From an uncultured Cytophagales bacterium (GTDB taxonomy: Bacteria > Bacteroidota > Bacteroidia > Cytophagales > Spirosomataceae): DNA of 64,000 nucleotides. Every line of letters begins with the position of its first letter. Position 1 is the first letter of the stretch. Under the pieces are notes generated by a model that saw only the letters and a list, made by a program, of their open reading frames with translations, was not told the origin of the DNA and did no database searches. Location of the stretch: NCBI GenBank assembly GCA_963782245.1, contig CAWAJC010000009.1, positions 13,829-77,828 on the forward strand, read 5' to 3'. Positions 48,966 to 59,357 of this stretch are shown here, one piece after another. The position numbers and the translations under genes are program-made.

Positions 48966-50270
48966 TTAGAAGCGATAACCGACCTGAATGCCGGCGTTGG
49001 CGTAATCGGGAATAATAAACGACTGACCGGATAACCGAAGCCAGGGACCAACGATGAGCCGGTCGGTCAGGGCAAAATTGTAGTCGATGCTGCTATGCCA
49101 GCCCGTTTGTAATTCATTCACCGCTGAACGCTGGTTTAACGTCAGCGAGTTGACCAACTGACCGTTTATCGTCTGCTGACCAAAGGTACCCTGCAACTCA
49201 TCCGTATACGTTAGCATCGGGCCGGTAGTAATGCCGATGGTATGCCGACGGCTGTACAGGGGCAGAAACCGAACGCCGGTCAGTAGCGCGAACTGGTTGG
49301 TAAAGCCCGCCCGATAATCGTCGTTGCTGTTCAGGAAATTGTGCGAATAGGTCAGACTGCCCGTAATGCCCAGCCGCCGGGTCAGGTAGCGGGTGTAGCG
49401 GTTTTCGTAGATAGCCTGACTGCCAATGTCTTCGGCCAGCAGACCGGCGCCTACGTAAAACTCATTGCGGTAAAAGGGAATGTCCTGTTTGATGCGGGCG
49501 TATGCCTTGTTCTTGCGGGGAGCCAGTAAATGGCGTTTCAGCGGAAAGAGTTTGTAGCCCAACCCAAGCGCCCAGTAGCCGTAGTTTTGTTTGAACGCGT
49601 AGGTCTGGTTTTGCACCGTAATACCATCAATAGCCGGAGTTAGGCTTCGGGCGTAAGTCAGGTCGAGGGTCAAGCCACCGATGTCGGCTCCAATGCCGAG
49701 CTGTCCTTCCAGGTTCGTTTTTTTGTAGCTGTTATACACGGCTTCAGAAACTCGGTACTGTTCCAGTTGGCTGTCGACACGCTGTTTTTCTGAAGGCGTT
49801 GGGGGATTGTAGCCCTCAAACGTCCTGACCAAACTGGCATAGCTATTCGGTTTTGGCTGGTTAAAAGCCGTCGTCAAACCCGCATTCAGCCGGAGCCAGG
49901 GTAGTGGTTTGAAACCGGCTATAAGCCGGGCATCGGAGCGCCGGATGCCGGGATAAATGGCAGACCCACCGCTTGCATTATTAACCGACGCATTTGTCAA
50001 CGAATAAGCCCCGTACATTCCCTCTGCCTGTGCGTACCAGCGGGGGCGGTCGTACCGCGCAAAAGCCCCCACCGAATTGCCAATCGCATCGCCGTAATCG
50101 ACTCCGTATACGCTGGCATCGCCAATCTGCACCTGGTTGCCAACGGTCGCCTGCTTGCTCAGGCCGAGGTAGGCTTTCGGCCCAAATGACCATTCCTGCG
50201 CCAGGGCAGAACCTGCGGTTGATACCGTCAGTACGACCAGCATGCTGGTTTTTAGTGAAGTTGTTTTCAT
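48966..50270 (-). CDS. Outer-membrane protein with two beta-barrel domains
   Basis: Signal peptide; internal LGLGYKLF and terminal IQVGYRF beta-signals. Confidence 0.75.
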   Translation of the reverse strand: MKTTSLKTSMLVVLTVSTAGSALAQEWSFGPKAYLGLSKQATVGNQVQIGDASVYGVDYGDAIGNSVGAFARYDRPRWYAQAEGMYGAYSLTNASVNNASGGSAIYPGIRRSDARLIAGFKPLPWLRLNAGLTTAFNQPKPNSYASLVRTFEGYNPPTPSEKQRVDSQLEQYRVSEAVYNSYKKTNLEGQLGIGADIGGLTLDLTYARSLTPAIDGITVQNQTYAFKQNYGYWALGLGYKLFPLKRHLLAPRKNKAYARIKQDIPFYRNEFYVGAGLLAEDIGSQAIYENRYTRYLTRRLGITGSLTYSHNFLNSNDDYRAGFTNQFALLTGVRFLPLYSRRHTIGITTGPMLTYTDELQGTFGQQTINGQLVNSLTLNQRSAVNELQTGWHSSIDYNFALTDRLIVGPWLRLSGQSFIIPDYANAGIQVGYRF

Positions 50271-50283
50271 GTCGTTTTTGATT

Positions 50284-51183
50284 TTATCGGTTGACTACTG
50301 ATTTTCCGTCCTGAATGGTAATGGGGCTGTAACTATTTTGGATTTTAATTTCGGGTTTACGGCCCGTTGGCTGGTAGCCGAACACCTGCTTGCCGCCGTA
50401 TTTGCTCACTTGATCGCTTACTTCCTGCGGCACCCGGATGTCGGAGAAGGTGGAGATGACGTCAAACCGGAAGTCGGACAGGCGGTTGACCGATACCAGA
50501 ATCTCGGTACGGGCAGCGTCAACGGTCAGGGCATCGAGGGTACTGGCCGGTAGGATGGACAGCTTGCCGTAGCGGCTTTGCAGGTTGGCGGTGCCGCCCA
50601 GATCGCGCAGGGTCACATCGGCTTTCTCGGCTTTGAGCGTCAGTGTGGCCGTCAGGTTGCGCCCGTCGATATCGCCGTAGCTGGAGGCAATCACAACCTT
50701 GCCGCTCACATCCTCCAGGTAAAGTTTGCCGAACTCAAATTTCAGGTTTACGTCGCCGGCTAAGTCATTGAGTCGAATATCCCCGAAGGAATTGGACAGT
50801 GTCAGCAATGCTTTGGTGGGCAGACTAATTTCATAAATGGCTTTGAGCTGGCTTTGCAACTTACCGCCCCGTTGCGGAATCACGAAGCGATTCGACAAGT
50901 CGATCTGCCCTTTTTCGGCCTGCAATACGTATTGGTGATACCCTGCTTCGCGCTCAGCCGTGGCCTTGTCGGGGTGTTTGGCCACCAGTCGTAGTTTGAC
51001 CGATATCGTTGGCCGGTTCCAGCCTTTCAGCGTGATGTCTGCCTTCTGAGCAGTCAGCCGAACGCGCTGCCCGTCAGTGTAAGGCAACTCTTTCTCGATA
51101 ACCCGCGTCACCACCTGCACCGGCGTTTGCGAACGGGCTGGCAGGGAGAGGCAGAGTAGCAGGAGTAGTGAATGGATTTTCAT
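50284..51183 (-). CDS. Secreted DUF4097/adhesin-like beta-repeat protein
   Basis: Signal peptide; NSFGDI, EFGKL, SYGDI and RYGKL repeats. Confidence 0.8.
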   Translation of the reverse strand: MKIHSLLLLLCLSLPARSQTPVQVVTRVIEKELPYTDGQRVRLTAQKADITLKGWNRPTISVKLRLVAKHPDKATAEREAGYHQYVLQAEKGQIDLSNRFVIPQRGGKLQSQLKAIYEISLPTKALLTLSNSFGDIRLNDLAGDVNLKFEFGKLYLEDVSGKVVIASSYGDIDGRNLTATLTLKAEKADVTLRDLGGTANLQSRYGKLSILPASTLDALTVDAARTEILVSVNRLSDFRFDVISTFSDIRVPQEVSDQVSKYGGKQVFGYQPTGRKPEIKIQNSYSPITIQDGKSVVNR

Positions 51184-51800
51184 GACCGTAATAGGGTAAT
51201 CAGTTCTTTCGTGACTTCGGCCCGCTGGTTCTCAATTTTCACCTGCGCCCGGATCAGGGCCGGGTCATCGCCAAAAACTTGTTGCTGTTCTTCAATCCGC
51301 TGTTGCTCTTCGGTAAGTTCCGTTAGCTGGTTGCGGAGTTCGTGGACTTCGGGCCGCTGGCAAACGTACCGGTCTTCGGCACATTGGCGGTTGATGAACT
51401 CCTCGGCCCGTTCGTCGGCATTTGATTCATCAGAAAATGCGCCTAAATCTGCTTTCTGGTTTATGCTGGATTGCTCAACGGCGTACTCAACGCGTACTTT
51501 TTCCGTTGATTCGGGCCGCAGAAACAGCCAGACGCCAACCAATACCAGCAAAGCAGCCACCGCCAATCCTGCCCAAAGTTGCCGGGTTTGGGGCTGTTGC
51601 CAGAGCGGACGAATGTTGACCGGCGTTTCTATCGGTAATGTCTGCTCGATGGTTGCCCATAAATCGGCTTTGGGCGCGAACTCCGGCAGGGCCTGAACCG
51701 CCCGACTCAAGTGCTTATCGGCATTCAGGTCGGCTTCAATCCGGGCCCAGAGGTCGGGGCGGGGGTCGAATTCGGGTAGTTGCGGTAAGGAATCGTTCAT
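51180..51800 (-). CDS. Putative anti-sigma factor with duplicated N-terminal motif
   Basis: LPEFDPRPDLWARIE and LPEFAPKADLWATIE, a single TM and a helical tail. Confidence 0.75.
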   Translation of the reverse strand: MNDSLPQLPEFDPRPDLWARIEADLNADKHLSRAVQALPEFAPKADLWATIEQTLPIETPVNIRPLWQQPQTRQLWAGLAVAALLVLVGVWLFLRPESTEKVRVEYAVEQSSINQKADLGAFSDESNADERAEEFINRQCAEDRYVCQRPEVHELRNQLTELTEEQQRIEEQQQVFGDDPALIRAQVKIENQRAEVTKELITLLRS

Positions 51801-52327
51801 GCTAGTCGCTGTCTCAATAGTTTTTTGGCGTAACTCACCTGCGATTTCGAGGTGCCTTCCGAAACGCCGAGCATCGCTGCTACTTCTTTGTGGGCGTAGC
51901 CTTCCACCTCAACCAGCAAAAAAATCGTTCGGGCACCGTCGGGTAGGGTTCGGATGGCCGCGTCCAATTCAGCACCGGTGAGCGTATCCCGAAACGGAGC
52001 GGGCTGGTCGTGCATTTGTTCGTCAAGGGTACTAAACCGGCCTTCCAGTTGTTGCTTCCGGATAGCTTGCCGCACCACAATCGTTTTGATCCAGGCACCG
52101 AGCGTCGACCGAAAGGCGAACTGGTCAAGGCTCCGGAACACCTCAACAAACGCGTCCTGCAAGGCATCATTGGCATTGTCGAAATCGTTGGTAATGCGGT
52201 AGGCCGTTGAAAACATGGCCCGGCTGTACCGTTCATACAGGGTCCGCTGTGCCAGCCGGTCGTTTGCCCGGCAACGTTGAACGAGTTCCTGTTCAGATAT
52301 GGAGGGCGGTGTTGCCAAGCGAAACAT
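51797..52327 (-). CDS. ECF sigma-70 factor
   Basis: ANDALQDAF, LGAWIKTIVV and LPDGARTIF...EGYAHKEVA...GTSKSQ motifs. Confidence 0.93.
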   Translation of the reverse strand: MFRLATPPSISEQELVQRCRANDRLAQRTLYERYSRAMFSTAYRITNDFDNANDALQDAFVEVFRSLDQFAFRSTLGAWIKTIVVRQAIRKQQLEGRFSTLDEQMHDQPAPFRDTLTGAELDAAIRTLPDGARTIFLLVEVEGYAHKEVAAMLGVSEGTSKSQVSYAKKLLRQRLA

Positions 52328-52411
52328 GCGGTTTGTAATGGATTCGCACTAAAGGGCGGGCGAAGTAGGAAAAGGTTGGAAAGTAGCCGAAAAAAAACTA
52401 AAATTTGACGC

Positions 52412-53239
52412 ATGAACTACCTGGAACTCCAACTGCGCCTGTCGCCCGATTATACCGATATCCTCACCGCCGAACTGGCCGAACTTGGTTTTGACTCCTT
52501 CGTGGAAACCGACGAAGGGCTAAACGCCTACATCATCGAGTCTGATTTCAGCGAAGAGGCTGTGCAGGCGTTGATTGCTAAATACGCCGACCAGACCGCA
52601 ATAGCCTACGAAGTTAGTTCGTTAGAGAAACGAAACTGGAACGCTGAGTGGGAGCGCGATTACGAGCCGATTGAAGTAGCGAGCCAAGTCCGGGTCCGGG
52701 CATCTTTTCACGAGAAAGATGCCCGGTTTCGTTACGACATCGTGATTAATCCCAAAATGTCGTTCGGTACGGGGCACCACCAGACCACCGCCATGATGCT
52801 GGAGCAGCAGCTGGCCCTTGACTTTGCCGGGAAAACGGTGCTGGACGTGGGCAGCGGAACAGGTATCCTGGCCATTCTGGCCGCTAAAATGGGCGCAAAG
52901 TCTGTACTGGCGTTCGATATTGAGGAGTGGGCGGTAGCGAACGCCCATGAGAATGCTGAAGTGAATGATTGCCCGCAAATCACGGTTTTTCAGGGGACGA
53001 TAGAGAATGTTGTCCCAGACAGCAACTACGACATCATCGTTGCCAACATTAATCGAAATGTGCTGCTGGCTGAAATACCGACCTACACCAATTTTCTGGT
53101 ACGTAACGGGTATCTGGTAGTCAGTGGATTCTATGAGAATGATGCAATGGATATTCAACAAAAAGCGACAGAAACGGGGCTGTCGTTCGTTACTTCTATG
53201 ACGAATCAGGAGTGGACTTCTCTGTTGTTTCAAAAGTGA
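52412..53239 (+). CDS. prmA: Ribosomal protein L11 methyltransferase
   Basis: PKMSFGTGHH.TT, VLDVGSGTGILA and ANINRN motifs. Confidence 0.96.
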   Translation: MNYLELQLRLSPDYTDILTAELAELGFDSFVETDEGLNAYIIESDFSEEAVQALIAKYADQTAIAYEVSSLEKRNWNAEWERDYEPIEVASQVRVRASFHEKDARFRYDIVINPKMSFGTGHHQTTAMMLEQQLALDFAGKTVLDVGSGTGILAILAAKMGAKSVLAFDIEEWAVANAHENAEVNDCPQITVFQGTIENVVPDSNYDIIVANINRNVLLAEIPTYTNFLVRNGYLVVSGFYENDAMDIQQKATETGLSFVTSMTNQEWTSLLFQK

Positions 53240-53251
53240 TTTTTTCTTCTT

Positions 53252-53284
53252 CCGTCGTGTTTGTCGGAATGACAAACACGGCGG
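53252..53284 (+). other. Intergenic stem-loop between prmA and the 1684-aa gene
   Basis: CCGTCGTGTTTGTC-ggaat-GACAAACACGGCGG, with no U-tail. Confidence 0.55.
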
Positions 53285-53296
53285 GTAGCATATAGT

Positions 53297-56200
53297 ATGA
53301 GCAGATACGTAATGAACCGACTTTTTAATTTAGGCATCACCCTTACCCTCCTTTCCATCACCCTGTCCTACGGGCAGGCGGTTCGGATATCGGACAAGCC
53401 GGATCAGTTCATGGCCGAGGTGCAGAAGCTGATGGCAACGGGTGGGCCGGTGGCCGTTCGGGCGGGGACGGATTTGCAGACCGCCTGGTCTGAAAACCGG
53501 CTTTCGGCTCCGCAGCAAGAGCGGGTAATGGCACTGAGCCGGAAAATGAATCAGAAACGACTGCAACCCGCCACGTACTTTGCTCCGTTTTATGAATCCA
53601 TTTACCTGGCGGCACAGCAGCAATCGGCTACGAACGTAGATGGTCTGCTAACTATTGCCGAAAAGTTATTTGAAGCTAATGATCCTAAAACGTTTGCCCG
53701 TAGTCTGGAAACAACCCGTCGTTTTCTGGAGCGGAACGAACTTTACGCCAGTGCGTATAACAAACTGTACACGTCGGGCGGCTCATTTCAGTTTCGCTAC
53801 GTAGATGATAACCCGGTGGCGAGTCAGCCGGGCGTGTCGCAGGCAACGCTGGATTCAGCCGCTTCGGCCAAAGCATCGGCCGAACGGTCGCGGTTCGATG
53901 GCTGGGATACACCCGTTAGTTCGGATTCCAGTCAGCCCCGTACGCTGGGCGTTCAGTACATTCCGCAGCGCAAACCAATTCCATCCGTTTCGGGAGCGGT
54001 TATCACCCTGAATAATGTATCGCTGGCCATCGTGGCCAACGGCGATTCGGCCGTGCTGGCCAATACCAGTGGAAATTTGATGCTCAAAAGCGGCATACTG
54101 GTTGGGCAAGGGGGGAGGTTTACCTGGGAAACCGCCGGGCGACCCGATATTTTCGTGACGCTAACCGACTACGCCCTCACCACCATGAGTCCGCGTCTGG
54201 AAGCCGATGATGTGACGCTGACGTACGAAAAATCGAAGCCCATCAAAGGCGTATTCGAGTACGTAAGCAAAAAGAAATCCGGGTCACCTACCTACCCCCG
54301 GTTTATGTCGTGGCAGAACGACGTAAAGCTCCCCGACCTGGGGCCGGATATCGACTACCGGGGTGGATTGGCCCTGTCAGGAACGCAGATGGTGGGCGCA
54401 TCGGCCAGCGGCCAGCCAGCCCAGCTAACGGTGAAATACAACGGAAAACCAGCCCTCAAAGCCAGCAGCCGCCGGTTCGACTTCGTTATTGGCGATATGC
54501 CGACCGAGGCTGCCCCTGCCGATTCTGCCCAGAACGGTGGTTTCAATACGACTGAGCCCGCTAAAGTAACGGGGAAACGTCCGATGATTTCGGCTAATTC
54601 AGTTGCGTTTATCGGGTATGTAGGAACTGATTCCGTTACACATCCGGCCGTCAAGTTTCGGTACGATAAAAGTCAGCGCATTGCCTGGCTCGACCGCGAG
54701 CAGCGAACCGATTATGCCCGTGTTCCCTACGCCGATTCGTACCACAAGTTTTATATAGAGCCCGAAGTGGTGCGCTGGGATTTGCCCCGCCGAAAAGTCG
54801 ATTTCTATCAGGTAGGAGCCAAACGCGAAGTACCGGTGCGGTTTGAATCGTTCGATTATTTTCATCCGCAACGTTATACCGACCTGACGGTTGATTACGG
54901 ATTTCATCCACTTCAGATTGTGGCGAATTACGTATCGACCAAAAAACAGCAGACATTCCTGGACGACGATATTACGCAGTTTGCCAAACAGGTAAGCCCC
55001 GTTTCGCTGCGGGGGGCGCTGAATCGTATGGTGCTGGAAGGCTACATTGACCGGGACAATAACACGAAGCTGATGCGTCTGAGCCGCAAGGGGATTCTAT
55101 ACGTGCTGGCCAACGTGCAAAAACAGGACTATGATAACTTCCAGGTTCAGTCCCTGTTTGCGTCTAACGACAGCATCAAAAATGCGACTATCAACCTCGA
55201 TGATAAAATCATGACCATCCGGGGCGTCAACCGGTTTATCCTGTCCGACTCCCTGAAAATTTTCGGAATCCCGTCCGATAAAACGCTTAAAATTGGCAAG
55301 GGTCGCGACTTTACGTTCAATGGCCAGCTGAAAGCCGGCACGCTGCGGTACGCAGGGCAGGACCTCAAATTCGATTACGATAAGTTTTCGATGGGGCTGA
55401 ATAAGATTGACTCCATCACGTTCTCGTCGCAGAAACTGGCCGCGCAGGGAAAAGAGGGCGAGATCGGGGGCGACATCAAATACGAGAAAGCAGGAACCGT
55501 TTTTCTGGCGGGTGCCGATAATAAATCGGGCCGGATGAAGGGCAAAAAAACGACCCAACGCCTGGTTATGCCGGAGGGCATGACCGTATACTTCAACCAA
55601 CCCGTTCGGGGCGATATCACCTACAATCAGAAAGTCTATTTCAAGATTCCGGCCATTGATAACGATAGCCTGGGCAAGGGCGAGATTGCCTTCGTGGGTA
55701 CGTTCCATTCCGATGGCATATTCCCCCCATTCGAAGCACAGCTCATTACTATGCCCGATAACACGCTGGGCTTCGTGCACAAAGCCCCCGCTGCGGGCTA
55801 TCCGGTGTATGGCGGCAAGAAAGGAACCACTCCCTCAACGGTGAAATTTACGGGGGAGCTCGCCATGGACAAAAGCGGACTGAGAGCCGAGGGGACGCTC
55901 AATCACTTGACCGCCAGCCTGAACACAAACGGCATGCTGTTCATGACGGACTCATTACTGGCTTCGGGCGATAAGGGCGAACTAAAGGAGGGCCTGGTCG
56001 GAAAAGCCTATTTCCCGCAGGTTCAGCTGAACAACTTCAGCCTGAAATGGTGGCCAAAAGCGGATAGCATGGTCATTACAACCCAGAAAAATAACTTCAA
56101 CTTCTACAACGCGACGACCAATCTGGAAGGCGGCCTGGTCGTTCGGTCGGCTGGTTTATTTGGCAATGGAACCCTGCGCCGGAAAGACTCCGAAACGGTT

Positions 56201-58351
56201 TCGAATACCATCAAATTCAATAAAGAGGGTTTTCTGGCCAATGACGCTCAGTTCAGGATTATCTCGGACAAAGAGACGCCGGGAACCCCCGCCGGTAAAC
56301 CTATTCTGGTTGGTAATAGCGTTGATGTCGATTTTAACCAGACGAAAGGCATCGTTGGGCTGGCCATCAATAAAAAGGAAAGCCTGGATGATACCGTTCA
56401 GGCCAGCATGGATTTTCCCTTTGCCGCCTACAAGACCAACATCAACCGGGCGCAGTGGAACCTGAATGCCAAAACCATTGCCATGAAGGCCGGGCCGACG
56501 CTCGGGGATGTGAAAACATCTACGTTCACTGCTACGGCTGAGGAACAAGAGGGATTAACATTCAATGGCTCGTCGGCGCTGTACGATGCGGAGAAGCGAA
56601 CCCTGAACATCAGCGGTGTGCCGTTTGTGACTTCCGCTGATGCCCGGATTTACCCGGCCAAGGGGTTAGTGGCCATCGGTCGCAACGGGGAGATGGCACC
56701 GCTGAAAAATGCCCGGCTGGAACTGGACACCATCAACCTGTTTCACCGGCTCAAAAACGGTAATATTCAGATACTGTCCCGAACGCGCTTTGCGGGTGAT
56801 GCTACCTACCAGTTTGCTACGGCAAAGGGCGATACAGCCAGTATAAAAATGGGTAGTTTCGAGTTGAAAGAAGCCCCGGCAGTGGCATCGGCTTCCCTGA
56901 CCGCCGATGCAAAGAAAACGAACCGCCGGGCTGGTCGGACTGCTGACCAGAAGCTGGCGACGACTTATTTTACCGTTGCCCACGCCGAAGTAGATGAAGT
57001 AGACAATCTACAGTTAGCGCCCAAAATGCTGTTTAAGGGGAATATCGATATGCAGGCACCGGCCCCTGATCTGGCAATGGATGGATTTATTAAACCAGCC
57101 CTTAAAAAACGCCCGGACCTGGTAGCGGGCTGGATTCCGTTTAAGGAGAAAGTAGCCGAACGACTCGAAATAAAAGTAGATAAAAACCTCAAAAACGAGG
57201 GTAATCAGCAACTGGTAGCCGGACTTCATTTCCGTGCAGGTGGTGCGGGTATGTACCCCACGTTCCTGTCGCCAAAGGAGGATTCCAGGGATGATGACCT
57301 CTTTACCGCTACGGGTATTATGCGGTACGACGAGAAAGATAAAGTATACCGCATTGGTTCCAAAGCCGGCGGGGTACCGGCTGCCAAACCCGATGTAGTT
57401 ATGCCGGTTACTACCGATAGTACAAAGGCAGACAGCACCAAGACGGGTTTTGCGGAGAGCGTTGCCAGTACCGACGAGGTAGAAAACGACTTCACCTTCA
57501 ACGATTCCCGTGGGCTGATGACGTTCAAGGGAAAACTCAACTTGCTGAATGCGGCTCCCAAAGAGTACCTGCTGGCAGCGGGTTCGGCACGGGTCAACAT
57601 CGACAGTAGTCTGTATCGGTTCAATACCTTTCTGGCTTTCACGTTTCCCGTCCCCGATGCGCTTAACAGCAGTATCGCGGATAAAATTGTCAAGACGAAT
57701 CTGGAGGAAAGTAACAGTGAGGCTGCCGATGATGACCTGAATCGCCTGTCGGACAAACTAGTGCCGCTGATTGGACAACCGGCGGTGGACGCGTACCGGA
57801 TAAAAGCCCAGAATCAGCACGTAGCCCTCAATCTGGCGTCGCCCAAACTGAACGCCATGCTGGTACTGGCAAACGCCAATATGCGCTGGTCGACCAAATA
57901 CAATGCTTTTTACAGCACTGGTCGTTTGGGGGTGTCGAACATCATGGCGACGGATATTAACGCCCAGATGGATGGCTTTATCGAAATAAGAAAGACGGTA
58001 AACGGCGACGAAGCCAGTATTTACCTGGAGTCATCGCCGGATGTATGGGTTTTCTACGACTACAAACCCGGCAACACTCCCGACGCCCTGGGGCAGCTGG
58101 CCATTATTACCTCAGAGCAGGATATTAACGACCGACTGTTGGCTGGTTCGAAGAATTCGGGTAAGGCAAGCCTGGAAGTGTTCCCGGCCACAGCCGACGA
58201 AAAAACGATGTTTGTAGACCGGTATCTCGATCAGTACAAGACAAAAGCGAAACCCGCCCCGAAACCAAAACTACAGCCCGGTCAGAAACTGGTGAAGGAG
58301 AAAAAGGAAGAGAAGAAAAAAGACAAAGAAGCGGAGAAGGAAGGATTTTAA
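53297..58351 (+). CDS. Very large secreted beta-rich hypothetical protein (1684 aa)
   Basis: Uninterrupted ORF with signal peptide, helical N-terminus, a long run of amphipathic beta strands and a Lys/Glu-rich tail. Confidence 0.85.
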   Translation: MSRYVMNRLFNLGITLTLLSITLSYGQAVRISDKPDQFMAEVQKLMATGGPVAVRAGTDLQTAWSENRLSAPQQERVMALSRKMNQKRLQPATYFAPFYESIYLAAQQQSATNVDGLLTIAEKLFEANDPKTFARSLETTRRFLERNELYASAYNKLYTSGGSFQFRYVDDNPVASQPGVSQATLDSAASAKASAERSRFDGWDTPVSSDSSQPRTLGVQYIPQRKPIPSVSGAVITLNNVSLAIVANGDSAVLANTSGNLMLKSGILVGQGGRFTWETAGRPDIFVTLTDYALTTMSPRLEADDVTLTYEKSKPIKGVFEYVSKKKSGSPTYPRFMSWQNDVKLPDLGPDIDYRGGLALSGTQMVGASASGQPAQLTVKYNGKPALKASSRRFDFVIGDMPTEAAPADSAQNGGFNTTEPAKVTGKRPMISANSVAFIGYVGTDSVTHPAVKFRYDKSQRIAWLDREQRTDYARVPYADSYHKFYIEPEVVRWDLPRRKVDFYQVGAKREVPVRFESFDYFHPQRYTDLTVDYGFHPLQIVANYVSTKKQQTFLDDDITQFAKQVSPVSLRGALNRMVLEGYIDRDNNTKLMRLSRKGILYVLANVQKQDYDNFQVQSLFASNDSIKNATINLDDKIMTIRGVNRFILSDSLKIFGIPSDKTLKIGKGRDFTFNGQLKAGTLRYAGQDLKFDYDKFSMGLNKIDSITFSSQKLAAQGKEGEIGGDIKYEKAGTVFLAGADNKSGRMKGKKTTQRLVMPEGMTVYFNQPVRGDITYNQKVYFKIPAIDNDSLGKGEIAFVGTFHSDGIFPPFEAQLITMPDNTLGFVHKAPAAGYPVYGGKKGTTPSTVKFTGELAMDKSGLRAEGTLNHLTASLNTNGMLFMTDSLLASGDKGELKEGLVGKAYFPQVQLNNFSLKWWPKADSMVITTQKNNFNFYNATTNLEGGLVVRSAGLFGNGTLRRKDSETVSNTIKFNKEGFLANDAQFRIISDKETPGTPAGKPILVGNSVDVDFNQTKGIVGLAINKKESLDDTVQASMDFPFAAYKTNINRAQWNLNAKTIAMKAGPTLGDVKTSTFTATAEEQEGLTFNGSSALYDAEKRTLNISGVPFVTSADARIYPAKGLVAIGRNGEMAPLKNARLELDTINLFHRLKNGNIQILSRTRFAGDATYQFATAKGDTASIKMGSFELKEAPAVASASLTADAKKTNRRAGRTADQKLATTYFTVAHAEVDEVDNLQLAPKMLFKGNIDMQAPAPDLAMDGFIKPALKKRPDLVAGWIPFKEKVAERLEIKVDKNLKNEGNQQLVAGLHFRAGGAGMYPTFLSPKEDSRDDDLFTATGIMRYDEKDKVYRIGSKAGGVPAAKPDVVMPVTTDSTKADSTKTGFAESVASTDEVENDFTFNDSRGLMTFKGKLNLLNAAPKEYLLAAGSARVNIDSSLYRFNTFLAFTFPVPDALNSSIADKIVKTNLEESNSEAADDDLNRLSDKLVPLIGQPAVDAYRIKAQNQHVALNLASPKLNAMLVLANANMRWSTKYNAFYSTGRLGVSNIMATDINAQMDGFIEIRKTVNGDEASIYLESSPDVWVFYDYKPGNTPDALGQLAIITSEQDINDRLLAGSKNSGKASLEVFPATADEKTMFVDRYLDQYKTKAKPAPKPKLQPGQKLVKEKKEEKKKDKEAEKEGF

Positions 58352-58356
58352 TCGTT

Positions 58357-58397
58357 TTTTGTGGAGCGGCCCAATCGTCACGGGGCGCTCCACAAAA
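58357..58397. other. Intergenic stem-loop
   Basis: TTTTGTGGAGCG ... CGCTCCACAAAA. Confidence 0.55.
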
Positions 58398-58407
58398 TCA
58401 CACCATC

Positions 58408-59343
58408 ATGCAGGTGCTCTGGCAAGACCTTCGCACTCATCTCCGCCTTGATTTCCGACTCGACCTGTACGTGGCGACAGCGCTTTGGGCGGCTGTTCTC
58501 CTGGCTGTCAATTTCTCCCTCAATCTCGAAAATAAGTACATCGACGCGTATCAGGGCAAGCCTTTCCGGCCGGCCTTATATTTCTGCGTGTATGCTACAG
58601 CCTACTACGGTAGTATTTGGCTCTGGACGCACTTCCACAACCGGACCGATATCTGGCGAAATCAGGCATTCTGGCTGCGTAGCGGAGTGGCTTTGGTTAG
58701 CTACTCGCTCTATGCTGGTTTCTGGGGGCAGACTGCCTGGAGCCAGCAACTGTTCGGCGGGCAGATTTTTGAGTTTGCCTACTATTGCCTGCGCAATCTG
58801 CAATCGGTCCTCACGATTGTACTGCCCCTGTTACTGTTCTACATAGTCGCTGATCCGTACCGCAGTCAGTTTTATGGCCTGGCTCCTAAGCGTAAAGGGC
58901 TAACCCTATACCTGGTTTTGCTGACCCTGATGATTCCGCTGATTACACTGGCTTCGTTCCAGCCTGATTTTCTGCACGCCTACCCCACCTACCGCGACAC
59001 GAACGCCGACGAGTTTTTCGGGGTGCCTGAGTGGGTAACGGTTCTGATTTACGAACTGTGTTACGGCTGGGATTTTATCCCGACGGAGTTGATGTTTCGG
59101 GGATTCCTGGTGATTGGTATGGTCCGGATTCTTGGACACGGAGCCGTGTTGCCCATGGTAGTCTGGTACTGCGCCATTCACTTCGGCCGACCGTTGGGCG
59201 AGGCTATATCGTCGCTGTTTGGTGGCTATCTATTGGGCGTGCTGGCACTAAGTACGCGGAGCATCTGGGGTGGTTTGCTCATTCATATGGGCATTGCCTG
59301 GGGCATGGAATTAGCAGCTTTCCTGCAGGGAGCGTGGCGATGA
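58408..59343 (+). CDS. CPBP/Abi family intramembrane glutamic protease
   Basis: TELMFRG, Y.AIH and SIWGGLLIH motifs; multiple TM segments. Confidence 0.85.
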   Translation: MQVLWQDLRTHLRLDFRLDLYVATALWAAVLLAVNFSLNLENKYIDAYQGKPFRPALYFCVYATAYYGSIWLWTHFHNRTDIWRNQAFWLRSGVALVSYSLYAGFWGQTAWSQQLFGGQIFEFAYYCLRNLQSVLTIVLPLLLFYIVADPYRSQFYGLAPKRKGLTLYLVLLTLMIPLITLASFQPDFLHAYPTYRDTNADEFFGVPEWVTVLIYELCYGWDFIPTELMFRGFLVIGMVRILGHGAVLPMVVWYCAIHFGRPLGEAISSLFGGYLLGVLALSTRSIWGGLLIHMGIAWGMELAAFLQGAWR

Positions 59344-59357
59344 TTTACCGTACTCAA

